This document shows, piece by piece, positions 34,815 to 47,820 of a DNA stretch of 64,000 bases. Below the pieces are notes generated by a model. It was not told the origin of the DNA. It saw only the letters and a list, made by a program, of their open reading frames with translations, and did no database searches. The DNA is from Trichodelitschia bisporula. Lineage: Eukaryota. Each line of letters begins with the position of its first letter. Positions within the stretch are counted from its first letter, which is position 1. Made by a program: the position numbers and the translations under genes. The stretch is taken from assembly GCA_010356995.1 (NCBI GenBank), contig ML996708.1, positions 1 to 64,000 of the forward strand, read 5' to 3'.

Positions 34815-36211
34815 TCACGGCTTCTGCCCCGCCGTCGTCGTAGCCATGACATGCTCGAGCCACGGATACACATACGAATTCGCCTCAGGATACCCTGTCC
34901 CGTCAGCACATCCCACCCCCTCCTCAAAATCAAAAGCCACTCACCCATATGCGCCCTCCCCTTCACAAACCGCGCCTCCTTCGGCCCCCCATACTCCATC
35001 AAAAGCATACTATCCTCAATCGGCATACACCCATCCAGCACCCCATTAACAAGCAACAACCGACAATTCCTCTTCTCCAAAACCCCGCTCTTCACAAGAC
35101 TAAACTCCTTCTGACACTTCTCCACCAACTCCTCCCAACTCCCATACCCATACTTCCCCACATACGCCCTCCGCAAATCAAACGGGTACTCATGATGCCC
35201 GACATGCGCCAACCACTCCGCCCCAATATAATGATGCGTCCCCGCGCCATGCCCCACCGCCCCCGCCAGGTTCTCAGCATGCGTATGCGCCAGCCTGATG
35301 GCATAATACCCCCCCGCACTCAACCCCCACGCCACCACCTTCTGGGGGTTAAACTCCTTCCTCGTCGCAATCCACTCAAACACTGCCTCAAACAACCTCT
35401 CCGGCGCAACCGGATCCCGGCGATCGGCCGGACAATCCGCGACACCGGGAATATCGAGAATAACAGTCGCCCACCCGCGGTCCAGATGCGCTTGGGTACG
35501 CTCCGTATTGTCGGGCCTGTGCCCGTCCAGCCCTGTGATCAGAAGTATAACCGGTGCGTTCACGGCCCCTTTTGGCGTCCGGACATACAGCGGAATCTCC
35601 TTCCCATCGCTACCCGCGGCGTGCGTGTGCGGAATCACAACCTCTTCCACAGGCACGTCCCACAAGCTAGCGCCGCGCAGATACGCCTCCTTCTGCGCCG
35701 CGTACACTTTCTCCTTCAACGGCGTCCCGATGTACGGGAAGCGTGCGAGGCGGTACACGGTGCAGGCGCGCTTGTACAGTGAAATTGCTTCCTCCTTGTT
35801 AGTCCCCTCGGCCTCAGCGGCGGCGGCGACGAGCGCCTCAGCCGTGGGAATGAACGCTTGAGCATATACATCGTCGTAGGGATCGTTGATGTCATCTGCT
35901 TGCGTTAGAAGTGCCCCGGAGGGGTGGGGGGTAGGGTGGGCGAGCCTTTAATCAACGCTTCAAAGATAGGCTCGAAGTCCTCGAATTTGCCATCGTGGAA
36001 GCTGCGGCGTGAGTACGGTCCCCAGGGCCTGGGGGGGGAGACCTACGGGTACACGCCGAGTTTGCACTGCATGATGTTAGTGCGGTGGATGGGGAGGGGG
36101 GACGCGGGCACTTACGGGAAATTTCCAGCGCTGTTCCCAGAGGAGCTTGATGGAGTTTTGGTGGCCGAAGTCTTTAAGGAAGAGGTCGCCGAGGATCCAG
36201 TTTGTGGGCAT
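34815..36211 (-). CDS. ayg1: Ayg1 polyketide-shortening hydrolase (DHN-melanin pathway)
   Basis: MPTNWILGD..SIKLLWEQRWKFP-C.LGVYPFHDG..DFEPIF; YRLARFPY; TGLDGHRPDNT; WGLSAGGYYA; GGPKEARF..HMGYP; four introns. Confidence 0.9.
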
Positions 36212-36589
36212 GGTGGGCGAGGTTGGAGACGGGGAAGGAAGCGGGTATCGAGGGGGCCGTTTGGTGATAGACGTGGAGAGCTTTGAAAGGCAGTAGAGAG
36301 CGTTGAAGGCAGGGGCGGGGTAAACGGTATCTCACGTTCGGACAGCGAGGGGCTCCGGTCGGTGGCGCTGCGGGGTAGAGCAGCGTAAGCTTCGTCCCTT
36401 CGAGAAGCAAGTCCAGACCACGATCTCATAAACAAGACGCGACCATCTATTTATTCACACCTAATGACACGCTAGCAAATTCCCGATTAACCCGTTTCAA
36501 AGGGTATATCACACGCCGTCAAAACCCAACATATGCGTCGCCTATTCCCAAACGCCCAAATGCAGCACACCACGAAACACATCCATCCA

Positions 36590-39500
36590 TTATATGCTGC
36601 TCCGCATCCCCATCATAACCGGTGACCGGCCGAGCACGAGCGTGTCCGCACGGTTGACGCCCATACCACCGTCGTCGCTGACAAAGCCCGCGAAGTAGTA
36701 TCCCACGACGATGACCACGTAACTCAGAATCAGGATGCTGCCCTTGAAGTAGTTGCTCTTGCCCTCGCCGTACATGTAGCTAAGCAAGAAAATGCAAAGG
36801 ATGACCGTGGCCATGTCCCACTGCGGGAAGATGAGGGCTGCGCCGTCAGCATTGCTGCCTTGTGCAGGGGAGAAGAACTCACTGAAGGTGTGATCGAGAA
36901 GCTGTGATGCGTCGAGGGAGCGGCCGTAGAACGCGCTGTATGCAACAAGCGCCGGGATCTGCAGCAGACATACTTGCAGCGCGTACGCCGAGCCGATCTC
37001 CATAGACAGCGCAATATTGCCATTCATCGCAAACGAGATGGCATTCTACACCAGTTAGCACACACCCACTATTACTACCACCACGCCACTCACCAGAAAC
37101 TCAGTCGTATTCGGCACCAGCGCAAACAGCGTAATACCCAAGAACTTCTCATCGATATCAATGTTAGTCAACACCGAGTCAACCGTATTGACCAGAATCT
37201 CCGCAATTATCGCATACGCCAGCGTCGCAGTCAGCAGCACGACAGAGCTCTTGCTCCGACTCCAGTTAGGCGCATCATGCCCGCCACCCGTGTGACCAGC
37301 CTCGGTACCCGTAATGGTAGCATTGTCACCGTCCGGCGCCGTATGGGCGTTCGGCGGCCGGGGTATCACAATGTGATTCCTTTTCGGGGGACGGGCAGCC
37401 TCGCGGCCGGCGACAACCGCCGTAGCCGCCGCTTCAGCCACTTCCCGCGCCAACATCTGGTTGTCTTCCTCGGACAAGCCCTGAAGATGGAAGCCCGGCA
37501 CGTCGCCATCGCGGCTCTTCGGCGGCACAATGTGCGGCGACCGCAGCCCCACGTTGTTGACGTGGTTCTCCGCTTGCTTGCCGGCGGACAACTCGCTCAT
37601 GGGGCCGTTCTTCAGCGTCTGCCCCAGGATACGGCTGTACAGCTGGGAGTCCCGCGCATCATGGCCGACGCGAGCACCCGTCGGTCCGCGGTGGTGGGCC
37701 ACCTGCACCGGACTCATGGGCACTTCGGAGCGAGCAGTCATCTGGCTGGCAGCCATGGCGTCAGCCTGCTTCTTCTCGTCGAGCTCGGTGCTCCAGATGA
37801 CGGCAGCGTGGGTGCGAAGCGTGAACATCAGGCCGATGAGATACGACAGGAACAGTAGGGCAGCGGCCAGCCAGCTGTACGGTAGGACGGCCTCCTGGTA
37901 AAAGCGGTCGTGGACGGCGGGGACTTGCGAGAAGTAGCACCGGCGGCAGTCGCGGTCCGTGGAGCCTACCTCCGGGCCGGAGCATTCCATGCATTTGAGC
38001 TCGTGGCTGCCGTATATCTGGTAGAAGAGCGTCGGGCTGAAGGCGCAGATCATGGCAAATAGCAACATTGTCGATGTTACGCCGGCTGATTTGACGTTAA
38101 ACCGCTGGGTCTTGCGTTTCAGCGCCCCGAAGCACATGGAGATGCCTGGCAGGAAGAGGATACCGGCGAAGATGCTCCCGATGATGCTGCCTTCTACTAG
38201 CTGCGCCTTGCCCTGCTTGAGCGCCACGCAGTAGAGGAACACCTCGACCACGGTGGAGAAGAAGGCATTGATCGTCGCGCCCACGCCCATGGACGACTGC
38301 GCCGAGATGGACGCCACCGCCTGGCCGATGAAGTAGGCCAGCGGGATAATGGAGAGCAGCGCCAGCGAGAAGATGAAGCCCTGCGAGGTTACAAAGCTAT
38401 GAAGCTCCAGCGTTTCGTACAGGACGTAAAAGTCGAAAATGGTAAATGCCACCAACGCCAAAAGGTTGATCAAGAAGATATTCGTTCCATCGATCGTATA
38501 CTTCCAGTAGCTGAGCCCGACGGCGCGGTACGTGCAGATCAGAATTGACGAAGGGGGTTCCCCGGGATGCCGAGTATCATGCTTCTCCGAGTGGAACGAC
38601 AGCGCGAGCGGATGGCGGCGCAGGTGGTCGATCAGGAGCCAAGTGACCTTGCCCATGGGGATGGTGAACACCAACAGCCAGCATATCAGCGAGACCAGAG
38701 ACAGTAGCGGCAGGATCAGCCCGTAGAAGAACACGAAGAAGATGACACGCCCAAGATTCCACTTGCCGCGACCGAAGAGGCGGCGCTTTGGCGCAGTGGC
38801 AGCCCGCTGCACGTCGCGCGCGTTCCGTCCCAGCAGGCTCTGCGTCTCGGCTGTCGAGTCCGTGCTGGGTCGTCGGCGGCCGATGAGCGTGCGGTTGAGG
38901 GTGACGGGTCCGAAGAAAAGGCGCCCCTCTTCGAGATCGCCGCTCTGCCACTGCTCGTACTCACTGATACTGCGGCCCTCGCCTTCATCCTCCTCAACGT
39001 ACGCCTCGTCCTGAATGAGCTTGATATATTTGCCGAAGGGGTACAGCAGATACTTGGAGAGCCCTAGCAGCACGACACCGTAGGCGATAGCCGACTCAGA
39101 GAAGAATCCAAACAGGCTGCACACAAAGGCACCCGTCAGCGTGATGAGCGCAAGCCACCACCCAAACACCAGTGTCCATAGGATGTTGGCCAAGTACAAC
39201 CAGCTGTTGACGTGACCGCCGGGAGTGGAGTGAATGTCCCCCTCGGCTGTCTTTTCTACCGAGCGGTTCTTCTTGTAAAGGGCCGGCTTCCACAGCCTGA
39301 TGCCAAACGGATGGGTAACATTGATCGCGTCCTGTCGGTCCTTGAGTGTGAAGCTCTCCGCATCGCTGACATCGCCGTCGTCTTCGTTCGGGGGCTCTCC
39401 GCTCTCCCCTTCAAGCTCAGCGCTTTCTTCCGGCGACTCGGTGGTTGGAACGTCGAGCAGCGGTCGGGGCTCGTATTCCGCGCCGTCCTCGCTGCTTTGG

Positions 39501-39987
39501 GACTCCAACTTGGGCAGCGTCGGCACAACCTGGGCTGTCGTGCGCCGCCGCACCGTCGAATGCTGCCTCACGGAGCCGGAGGCCATCCTCGCGAGCTTCC
39601 CATTACGATCTGTCTGGCGCTTGAGCTCCTCTATTTCGACTTCGTCTTCGGCATCGTCGACGGAAAACTCCTGGCCCTTGTGAGGGAGGTGTGTTGATGT
39701 CGCGCGGCGGGGGGTAGGGGGCTTTTTGGGTTTCGAGGACTCGGCGTGGGGACGAGGGTTGGTGTTTATGGATCCTGACGGATGAGTACAGTTAGGTGTC
39801 AGAACTAGCTGGAAGACGCACCGTAGCCTTCAGTCTGCATCGTCACCAGAGCGCGGCGCCGCGCAGGGTCTGACATCTGACTGCTCGAGCCGAAGTGCGC
39901 GCTGGAGCTCTGGGTGTTGAGTGCTGAAGAGGTGGAGTTGCGGCGCGAGGAGGGGTCGCTCCGCTGGTTGGCTGCTTCGTCGGCCAT
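36590..39987 (-). CDS. VNX1: Vnx1-like vacuolar cation/H+ antiporter (CAX family)
   Basis: FTLKDRQDAINVTHPFGIRLWKPALYKK, NILWTLVFGWW, GQAVASISAQSSMG, LFALVPNTTEFL, GNIALSMEIGSAY, GKSNYFKGSIL; three introns. Confidence 0.9.
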
Positions 39988-40548
39988 TACGAGAGGCTGG
40001 TCTTACAGCTCTTATCGGGAGGGAGGAGGGGGGGGGGAGGTGCTTCTACGAGGAGGGAGTGAAGAGAAGCTGCGTGGTGAGAACAGGAAACCACCTAAGC
40101 ATCTTAAACGATGACAAAAGGAGCGGGGCAGTGATCAGCAGCGACACTTGTTCGGGGAGGAGGGGAATGAAAAGAGAGTGGATGAAATCAAGGGCGTACA
40201 ACTTGACCTGTGATGGTGTTGATCATCAAGCCCTCCAACCCACATGCGCGGCGCACGGGCCAAGCGAACAGCGTGCATGAACCAAGAGAAGTCAAGAGAA
40301 GCAACACCAAACACCAGACCGTCACCAACTCCCAAGCATCGACAACCGTTTCTGCATTCAGTCGCCGGTCTGCTGCGTTGCCATCTTTCTGTCTGTCCGC
40401 AAACACCTTTACACTTTCGTTCTTGTCCGGGGTCTCCTCCCATCTACCGTCCGCGCCGTAATCTCCAACGCCATAGCTTGAACCTCCATCTCACCTCGTC
40501 GCTCCCCCTACACCTCACCCATCTCGCCACCCCATTCCCACCATCACC

Positions 40549-41764
40549 ATGGCGCTCGATACCTTCTTCCACAACAAGATCGAGGGCATGAAGCTCGAGA
40601 TAATACAAGGCCAGGCGAAGCTGCGGCGTCTCGAAGCACAGCGCAACGACTACAACTCGCGCGTACGGCTACTGCGCGAGGAGCTCGGCCTGTTGCAACA
40701 ACCAGGGTCATACGTCGGCGAGGTCGTTAAGGTGATGAGCACGAAAAAGGTGCTTGTCAAGGTGCATCCCGAAGGGAAATATGGTGCGTACTCTCCACTG
40801 TAGCTATCGCCGCCCTCTAACCGTCTCAGTCGTCGATATCTCCGACAGCGTCGACATCAGCAAGCTTACCGTCGGTAAGCGCGTCACCCTCCTCAGCGAC
40901 TCCTATAAACTGGAGCGCATCCTGCCCTCATCCGTCGACCCACTCGTATCGCTCATGATGGTGGAGAAAGTGCCAGACAGCACGTACGACATGATCGGCG
41001 GTCTAGACCAGCAAATCAAGGAAATCAAAGAGGTCATCGAGCTGGGCCTCAAGCACCCCGAATTGTTCGAGTCGCTCGGTATCGCACAGCCCAAGGGCGT
41101 GCTGCTCTATGGCCCGCCAGGCACAGGCAAGACACTGCTCGCGCGCGCAGTGGCGCACCACACAGACTGCAAGTTCATCCGCGTGTCCGGCTCAGAACTA
41201 GTACAAAAATACATCGGCGAGGGGTCGCGCATGGTGCGCGAGCTGTTCGTCATGGCGCGGGAGCACGCGCCTAGTATCATCTTCATGGATGAAATCGACA
41301 GCATCGGCTCCTCCCGCGTCGAAGGCTCGTCAGGCGGTGACTCGGAAGTGCAGCGCACGATGCTGGAGCTGCTGAACCAGCTCGACGGCTTCGAACCCAC
41401 CAAGAACATCAAAATCATCATGGCGACGAATCGCCTCGATATTCTCGACCCCGCGCTCCTGCGCCCCGGCCGCATCGACCGTAAGATCGAGTTCCCGCCG
41501 CCGTCGGTCGAGGCGCGCGCCGACATTTTGCGCATCCACAGCCGCAAGATGAATCTCACGCGGGGGATCAATCTGAACAAGATTGCGGAGAAGATGAATG
41601 GGTGCAGTGGGGCGGAGCTCAAGGGCGTGTGTACGGAGGCGGGTATGTATGCGCTGCGCGAGCGGCGCGTGCATGTCACGCAGGAGGACTTTGAGCTGGC
41701 GACTGCGAAGGTGCTGAATAAGCACGATGACAAGGCGACGAGCATTATGAAGCTGTTTAAGTAG
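40549..41764 (+). CDS. RPT6: 26S proteasome regulatory ATPase Rpt6 (subunit 8)
   Basis: [21 protein letters not shown], an intron at 40784-40829, [48 protein letters not shown]. Confidence 0.96.
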
Positions 41765-42600
41765 TTGGATGTTGGAGGGGCACGGGTGGTGGAGGCAAGA
41801 TAGCATTCAACTTTGATGGCGTTGGGCTTACCATGCGCAGTATCATGCCATGCTGCCGTACTCTGTAGATCAATGTTGAGATGCTTTAATTCTGCCGTTT
41901 CGTATGGATGTCGAATGTGCGGAGCGGGCCTATTTACGGTGCTACTTGTCATTCGAGTGTCGTGGAACGCCATCGCGTGAGTTGCTGCGCTACGGGCATG
42001 TGCCATAGAGGATCTCACCATGGCGTGGAACGTCAATAATCTCGGAGATCTCGGGGTATATCAGCTGATGCCGGGTTGGCGCCAAATTTCCCCGGGTTTG
42101 AAACATCAGTCTATCGGGTTGAAGCGCGCGGCACGTAGCTTCGGGAAGGTGCTCTAGACGCGGCGGGCCGTGGGTTCAGGACGCTCCACTCGTAGGGCTC
42201 ACACCACTTGTAATGGATGACCTCATGCTGACGATGCCGATGACCCCGATGGCCCCGACGAGGCCGAAGCACCCAATAGGGCCGATAATGCCGAGTGTGA
42301 AGCGGCGCGGCGTGCTAAATGGAATGGAAATGCGGTACATTCCGATCATGCTTTGTGGGATTTGTGACGCTGGACTGGAGGGTGGTGCGTGGTGTGTAGC
42401 GTGTGTGATGTCAGTGGGTGGGTGGAGGTATCTCCACGGTAGGGTGGATACCTACACCACCTGCTCAGCCTTTACGACTGTCTTTTCAATCCATCGTGGT
42501 TTCAACCTCCTACTTTGTTCCATCTCCATACCACAGTCCATCGCATCGTCCTCGCAACTCCAAAGTCGCTACCATTATCACGCTTATCGTAGCCGTCATC

Positions 42601-42752
42601 GTCGCCGTAGCCGTCACCAGCACCCTCACCAGCACCCTCACCAGCACCCCCACCAGCACCCTCACCAGCATCGTCACCAGCATCGTCACCAGCACCCTCA
42701 CCATCATCGTCACTAGCACCGTCACCAGCACCGTCACCAACGCCAGCACCGC
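42601..42752 (+). repeat. 12-bp minisatellite (CACCAGCACCCT / CACCAGCATCGT variants), about 11-12 units
   Basis: Directly visible tandem array upstream of the orphan gene at 43036. Confidence 0.85.
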
Positions 42753-43035
42753 CACACCGCAGTCCATCCTCTTTCTTCACTGTCATCCTCATTCCAAACA
42801 CCACCCTCCCGGCCCACCATCTCCATCCCCAAAGCACGACAATCGACCCTATCAGCCTACCCTTAGCCTTCCCCGCACCATCTCCAACCAACTCCAAAGC
42901 CACGATCGTCACGCAATCCTTGACCTCCGTCCCCACCACCATCCTCAACACCCTCAGCTTCAACCTTCTCCATCCCTTTCACCTCCCTCACAACCATCAC
43001 CCTCGTCAAACCCCTCAACCCACAGCATCACCACC

Positions 43036-43696
43036 ATGCCCAAATCCCACTCCCCCTACCCACGCCCCCTCCACCAGGTCCCACAAATTCCCCTCCCCTA
43101 CACCCGCCCCCGCCCCCAAACAACCAGCAGCCCAGTCCAAATCCACGCAACCATCCTCTCCTCCCAACACTCCACCAAACACATCAACCGCCGAGCCTCC
43201 ACATCCACCACTCACCGGCATAACTCCTACACCGACTCGCCCCGTTCCACCTCCCAGCTAGGCACTCAAACACCCGACTCCTCGCTTCCCGTACTTCCTC
43301 CCCTCCCCCCCTTATCAACCCACTAACACCCTCCAGCTATCATCCACAACCCTAACCCCAACCCCAGTAGCCCACCTCCTCTTTCACGTGCACCGCCTGC
43401 GCCGCACATCCGCCCTCTCCTCCTCCGGCCGAAACTGGAACGACAACTTCCCCTCCGCTTCGACCCTCGGATCTTATTCCCGAAGCGCCAGGGGACGAAG
43501 TTCCAGAGCGGAGAGTACGACGGGATGGAGTTTCGATTCACTAGTCAACATCGACTGCGCGGACACGCCGAGCGGGAGCGTGGGATCCGAGTCCTGGGAC
43601 TGCATGGAGGCGGAGGATTGCGAACCGGCGGCGTGCGATATCGGGCTGAGTGGTAGTTCTAGGTGGTATGTCCCGAGTCCCTGGCCAGGGCACTAG
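43036..43696 (+). CDS. Putative orphan protein (~204 aa, low complexity)
   Basis: CCACCATG start. A 46-nt intron 43291-43336 (GTACTT..ACTAAC..CAG) joins in frame to ORF 43388..43696. Shows the C-rich 5' / G-rich 3' skew of the real genes here. Confidence 0.45.
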
Positions 43697-44288
43697 CAGC
43701 CACAGTCGTCACGAATGAAGTTTTGATTCACTGTGCAACGTTGACTGCGAGGACACGCCGAGCTATAGTGCGGGATTCGAATCCTGGGACTGCATGGAGA
43801 CGGAAGGGCGCGAGCCGGCGTACGATGTCGGGCCGAGATGTTCTAGTAGGTGGTATGTCCCGAGCCCTTGATGGGAGTAAAGCTCAAAAACGTGCGGCGG
43901 CAACTGTGTAAACCGGAGGTTGAAGTAGAAGAAGGAGAGGAAGAGAGTCGGAAACTCTCGGGACTAAATACAATACCAAGTATCCTCCTTTGCTCCTTCC
44001 TTCTATCATAAGGTGATGACATCATATCGCTTGGTATGCTCCTTCCTGACATAAAAATGCTCCTTCCATGTCCACGTCACCCGTGGCCAGAGACCAGCAG
44101 CCACAGTCGTCACGAATGAAGAAGAATCATGAGCAAACAATGATCGATTATATTCCAGAACCAGGGCCCGATCCATCCCCAGTGCCCCCCAATACAAATA
44201 GCCACGCCCATCCCAGACCCCAAGACCCCCAGGATATACCCAAGACACACCAAACATTCACACATTAACGAAACCCCACGCCAACTAT

Positions 44289-46347
44289 CTAGATTTTCGG
44301 CGCAACATCGTGCTTCTCCGCCGCCGAGGGCTCCGATCCCGCGCGCCCCAGCGTCTCCTCCACATCCTTCGCCTGCACATTCGTGCCCACATGGCCAGTC
44401 GGCAGCATGTTGAGCTCATCTTCCTGCCTGTCCAGATCACGGTAGTACAGGTAGAACAGGATGCCAGCGATGAAGCTGATAACCGCCATGCTGCCGTAGT
44501 TCCACACCAGCAGCGGGTCCTCTGACAGCGGCACAAACGCCTCGCCAAGGGCGGCTGAGAGTGCCGTCATGAACAGCGCAAACGAAGCCACAAGAGAACG
44601 CATGTTCTTCGGCGCCTTGCTGAAACCATACTCCAGCGACGTGATGGACGCGAAAATTTCAGAAATGGCGATCAGAATGTACGAGCCGGTCTGTGCCCAC
44701 ACGTTGATTGACACCGGGTCGCATTGCGACGCGTGACTGCCGCATTTGGAGTCCTTGTAGATGTACACCTGGACCACCGTCGCCCACACCATGGCCAGCG
44801 AGCCACAAATGAAGCCCGCAGCGATCTTCTTGATGGGCGTGAAGTTGATGCCCGCCTTACGGAGCGCCGGGTACAAGAACAGGTCGCAGATGGGGATAAG
44901 GATCATCAGAGCGAACGGATCCAAGTTCGACAGAATATCGTTCGGCACACCGTGCAGCGCCATTGTCGCCGCCTGAGATGTCAGGTTGTTGTTCAGCTGG
45001 TTGTACGTAATCCAGTACAGCGGGAACCACAGGAAAACAGAGCAGGCGGCAAAGCCACGCGCCACCTCGTCAACCCACGCATCATCAAAGTGCATCCACT
45101 TCGGGCGCTGACCGTCGGCAAAGCGCGAGGGCTTGACGTCGTTCCAGAAAGTGCCGTCGTGGAGGTGCTTATACGTGGCCACCGGGTTGATGTGGACGCG
45201 TCCCTTCATGCCCATGAAGAATAGCCTGAACGCCGGCCCAAGCACACTGCCCTCGGGTGGAGTGCGGCGGTACCAGTTGCGGCAGAGGTAGAGGATGAGA
45301 GGAGCAAAGCAGAACATGAGCGTTGGAATGAGGAAAGACAGGTAGAAGCCGACATAGCGTTCTCTGCGGGTTAGTGGCGGTGCAACAGTAAATATTTCAA
45401 AAACTTACCAGCATAGACCATAGACACCTGGCCAATCAAGGCACCAATGTTGATGAAGAGATAGAAATAATGATAAATGCGCGATGTTGTTACGGCCGGG
45501 TCGATAATGACGCGCTCGCCGCTCTTCAGTGTCTTGACGTGCATTTTCTCCCGCGGAATCTGCTCGGCAACAAGCGGCGAGATATTGGGCTTGAAGCCGC
45601 CAGTGCCGATACCCATAATGATGATGCCGATGATGAAGGCACCGATAGCCGAGTCCGGTTTGGCCATAACCGATGGCGCAGCCGAGCTGGTAAGAATGAC
45701 ATGGCCGCAAATGGAAATCAAAACCGACACCCAGATAGTGGTGTAGCGGCCGAGATAGGTATCGGCGACCCACGCGCCAAACAGCGGCATGACATACACC
45801 CAGAACTGGTTGAAGGTGGTCAAGCCGGTCGACGCACGTTGGCCGAGGCCGAGGGCACCAGGCTGCGCATCAGCGGCACCCGGGTCGAGAGCCTTGCCGG
45901 TGGCCGTGCCTGGATTCTTTTGCTGGATGAAGTTGACAAACACCTCTCTTGGTTAGCGATAAACTTAGGAGGCTCAACATTGGCAATATTCACCTGGACG
46001 GTACCATAGTACGACAGGCGTTCGAGCAGCTCAACCACCGCAATGGTGTACGCCTTGAGAGGGATCTTGTCCGAGACGCGGCGGAGGGTGTGCAGCTCCT
46101 CCGCGGTCGGAAGCACGTTGTGGTCGTAGTAGTCGGACTGTGCGGTTGCCTCGCCATCGTAAACCGGCGGGGGCTCGACGACATGATCGCTCTTGCGCCG
46201 CTCTGGGTCGCCATCGGCTAGCACGCCGAGCGCAGGGTCGACGTGCTTCGCGGGGGCTTGCTTTTCACGATATTAGCTTGAGGTCTTGACTTCTTGATGG
46301 ATGAAACGTCAAAGACGACCTACATTATCCGTGATATCGCCAGGCAT
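44289..46347 (-). CDS. PTR2: Proton-dependent oligopeptide transporter (POT/PTR family)
   Basis: ELLERLSYYG (ExxER), GAWVADTYLGRY, GTGGFKPNISPLVAEQ, FYLFINIG, SEIFASITSLEY, KAPKNMRS; three introns. Confidence 0.93.
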
Positions 46348-47820
46348 GTTGGGCGAACAGAGAAAGTACTGCGCTCGTACTATGCTCTGGTTTGGGGGGT
46401 GGTGGGAAGGTTTGGGACGAATGGGCAGGTGTGACCCTCTATGCACACGGCACTATCCACATATATTGGCACGGCGGGGGGATTGGGAGGGGTAGATGGG
46501 AGGGGAAGGGGGGGTGCAATCTAATTAAATAGGAATCGCGCGTGGGGCAGGCGCGACGGTGGAGAGCGAGATAGATAGTCGAGGCGGAAGGAGCAGACCG
46601 GGGGATAATGCGCGATTGACCTTCGCACCTCCTTCATCCCCACTCAGCCCACCATTAGAACACCACACACCAACATGGGAGTCGCCTTTTCCCCTCCTTT
46701 CTCAATTGTCCACTCACCTGTCACCAGTTACTATTCTGCGCATCCGTAGTTCTCTCGCCCCCCACCCCCCCTTCCCTCCTTCCATCTCACATCTCTTGCC
46801 CTTCCAGAACCCCCAGTATCCACTCATCTTTACCGGGTCGGGAAGCTACTACGGGTTTAACGTGCCTTTCCTTGCACGCCTTCCCCATCGCCCCTCCCCC
46901 GGCGCTTTCCCATGCTTCCCTCGCCCCCAGTCGTCGTTCCTTCCATCCCAGGGTCTTATCAGCGGTCGGTCGGCGAAGAGAGCTCATTTGGGAAGGTAGT
47001 GTCGCGCATCGCAGAAGTTGCGACCGGGCCATGCGAGGTTGGAACCCTGTCGTCTCCGCTGTGATCCACCAATTGTTGTGATGCGCAAAACCTTGGCAGG
47101 ACAAAGCTTGCGGCAAGCTAAGACGGCTAAGAAGACAGCCACCACGAGACTTCTCCGTCAAAATCCTTTGACCCGCGGATTGGCGCATAACGCCATGCAA
47201 GCCCCCGAAGCCAATTTAGCGCAAGACTTCGTCAGAGGCGCTGCTTGTGAATGCTTCATTGGTCTTGGAAGCCATGCAGACGACATACACGGTGGTTCGT
47301 TGTGGTTCGTTGCTAAATTCACCTTCAGCGAAGATATACGCTAGTCGCGTGCAGCTTTCCTTTATCAATCTTTTCCATCGTTCGTCTGCAATGGCGCATG
47401 CGTGCGCTCGTGGAACATTCGACTGCTAATCCGTCTACGCCGTCCGTCTCATTTTGGACCAGCGATAACGGCGTGCACGGGCAAAGGCTCCAGAATCCGG
47501 ACCTCGAGGGGCGGTACCACTATCTTGCCGGACTCCCCGAACCCCACATGGAGATTACTCAGAACGCGATCTCGATTCCCCAACGCGAGCCTCAAGTGGG
47601 GACACAGGAGATTTGCGCGGGGCGAGGGAGTCGATCACGAAAAAGCGCCAAGCGGCGACAATCCGCCGCATCTGTCGCATCGCGCAAACCCGAGACAAGG
47701 CTCTGAGATGAACCTCGGTGCATCTCTCGGTGGCATCTCCTCTCCACTCGCCTAGTCCAGCGGCGCCGCTCCTTCGGCTCCACACCCTCTCTCGGTATCA
47801 GCTCCGTCCCGCCCTGGCCG

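Noticed and set aside
34815..36211. Secondary-metabolite or melanin cluster around ayg1
   Set aside because: No PKS, NRPS, reductase, dehydratase or laccase in the window; neighbours are unrelated genes.
41107..42036. 309-aa minus ORF
   Set aside because: Antisense shadow of the highly conserved RPT6.
42030..42210. Possible tRNA or structured RNA
   Set aside because: No cloverleaf or convincing B-box; only a short ctgatg/catcag inverted pair.
42213..43035. ORFs through the 12-bp minisatellite (TSTL, HQHP or GAGE repeats)
   Set aside because: Open in several frames simply because the repeat lacks stops; no independent coding evidence.
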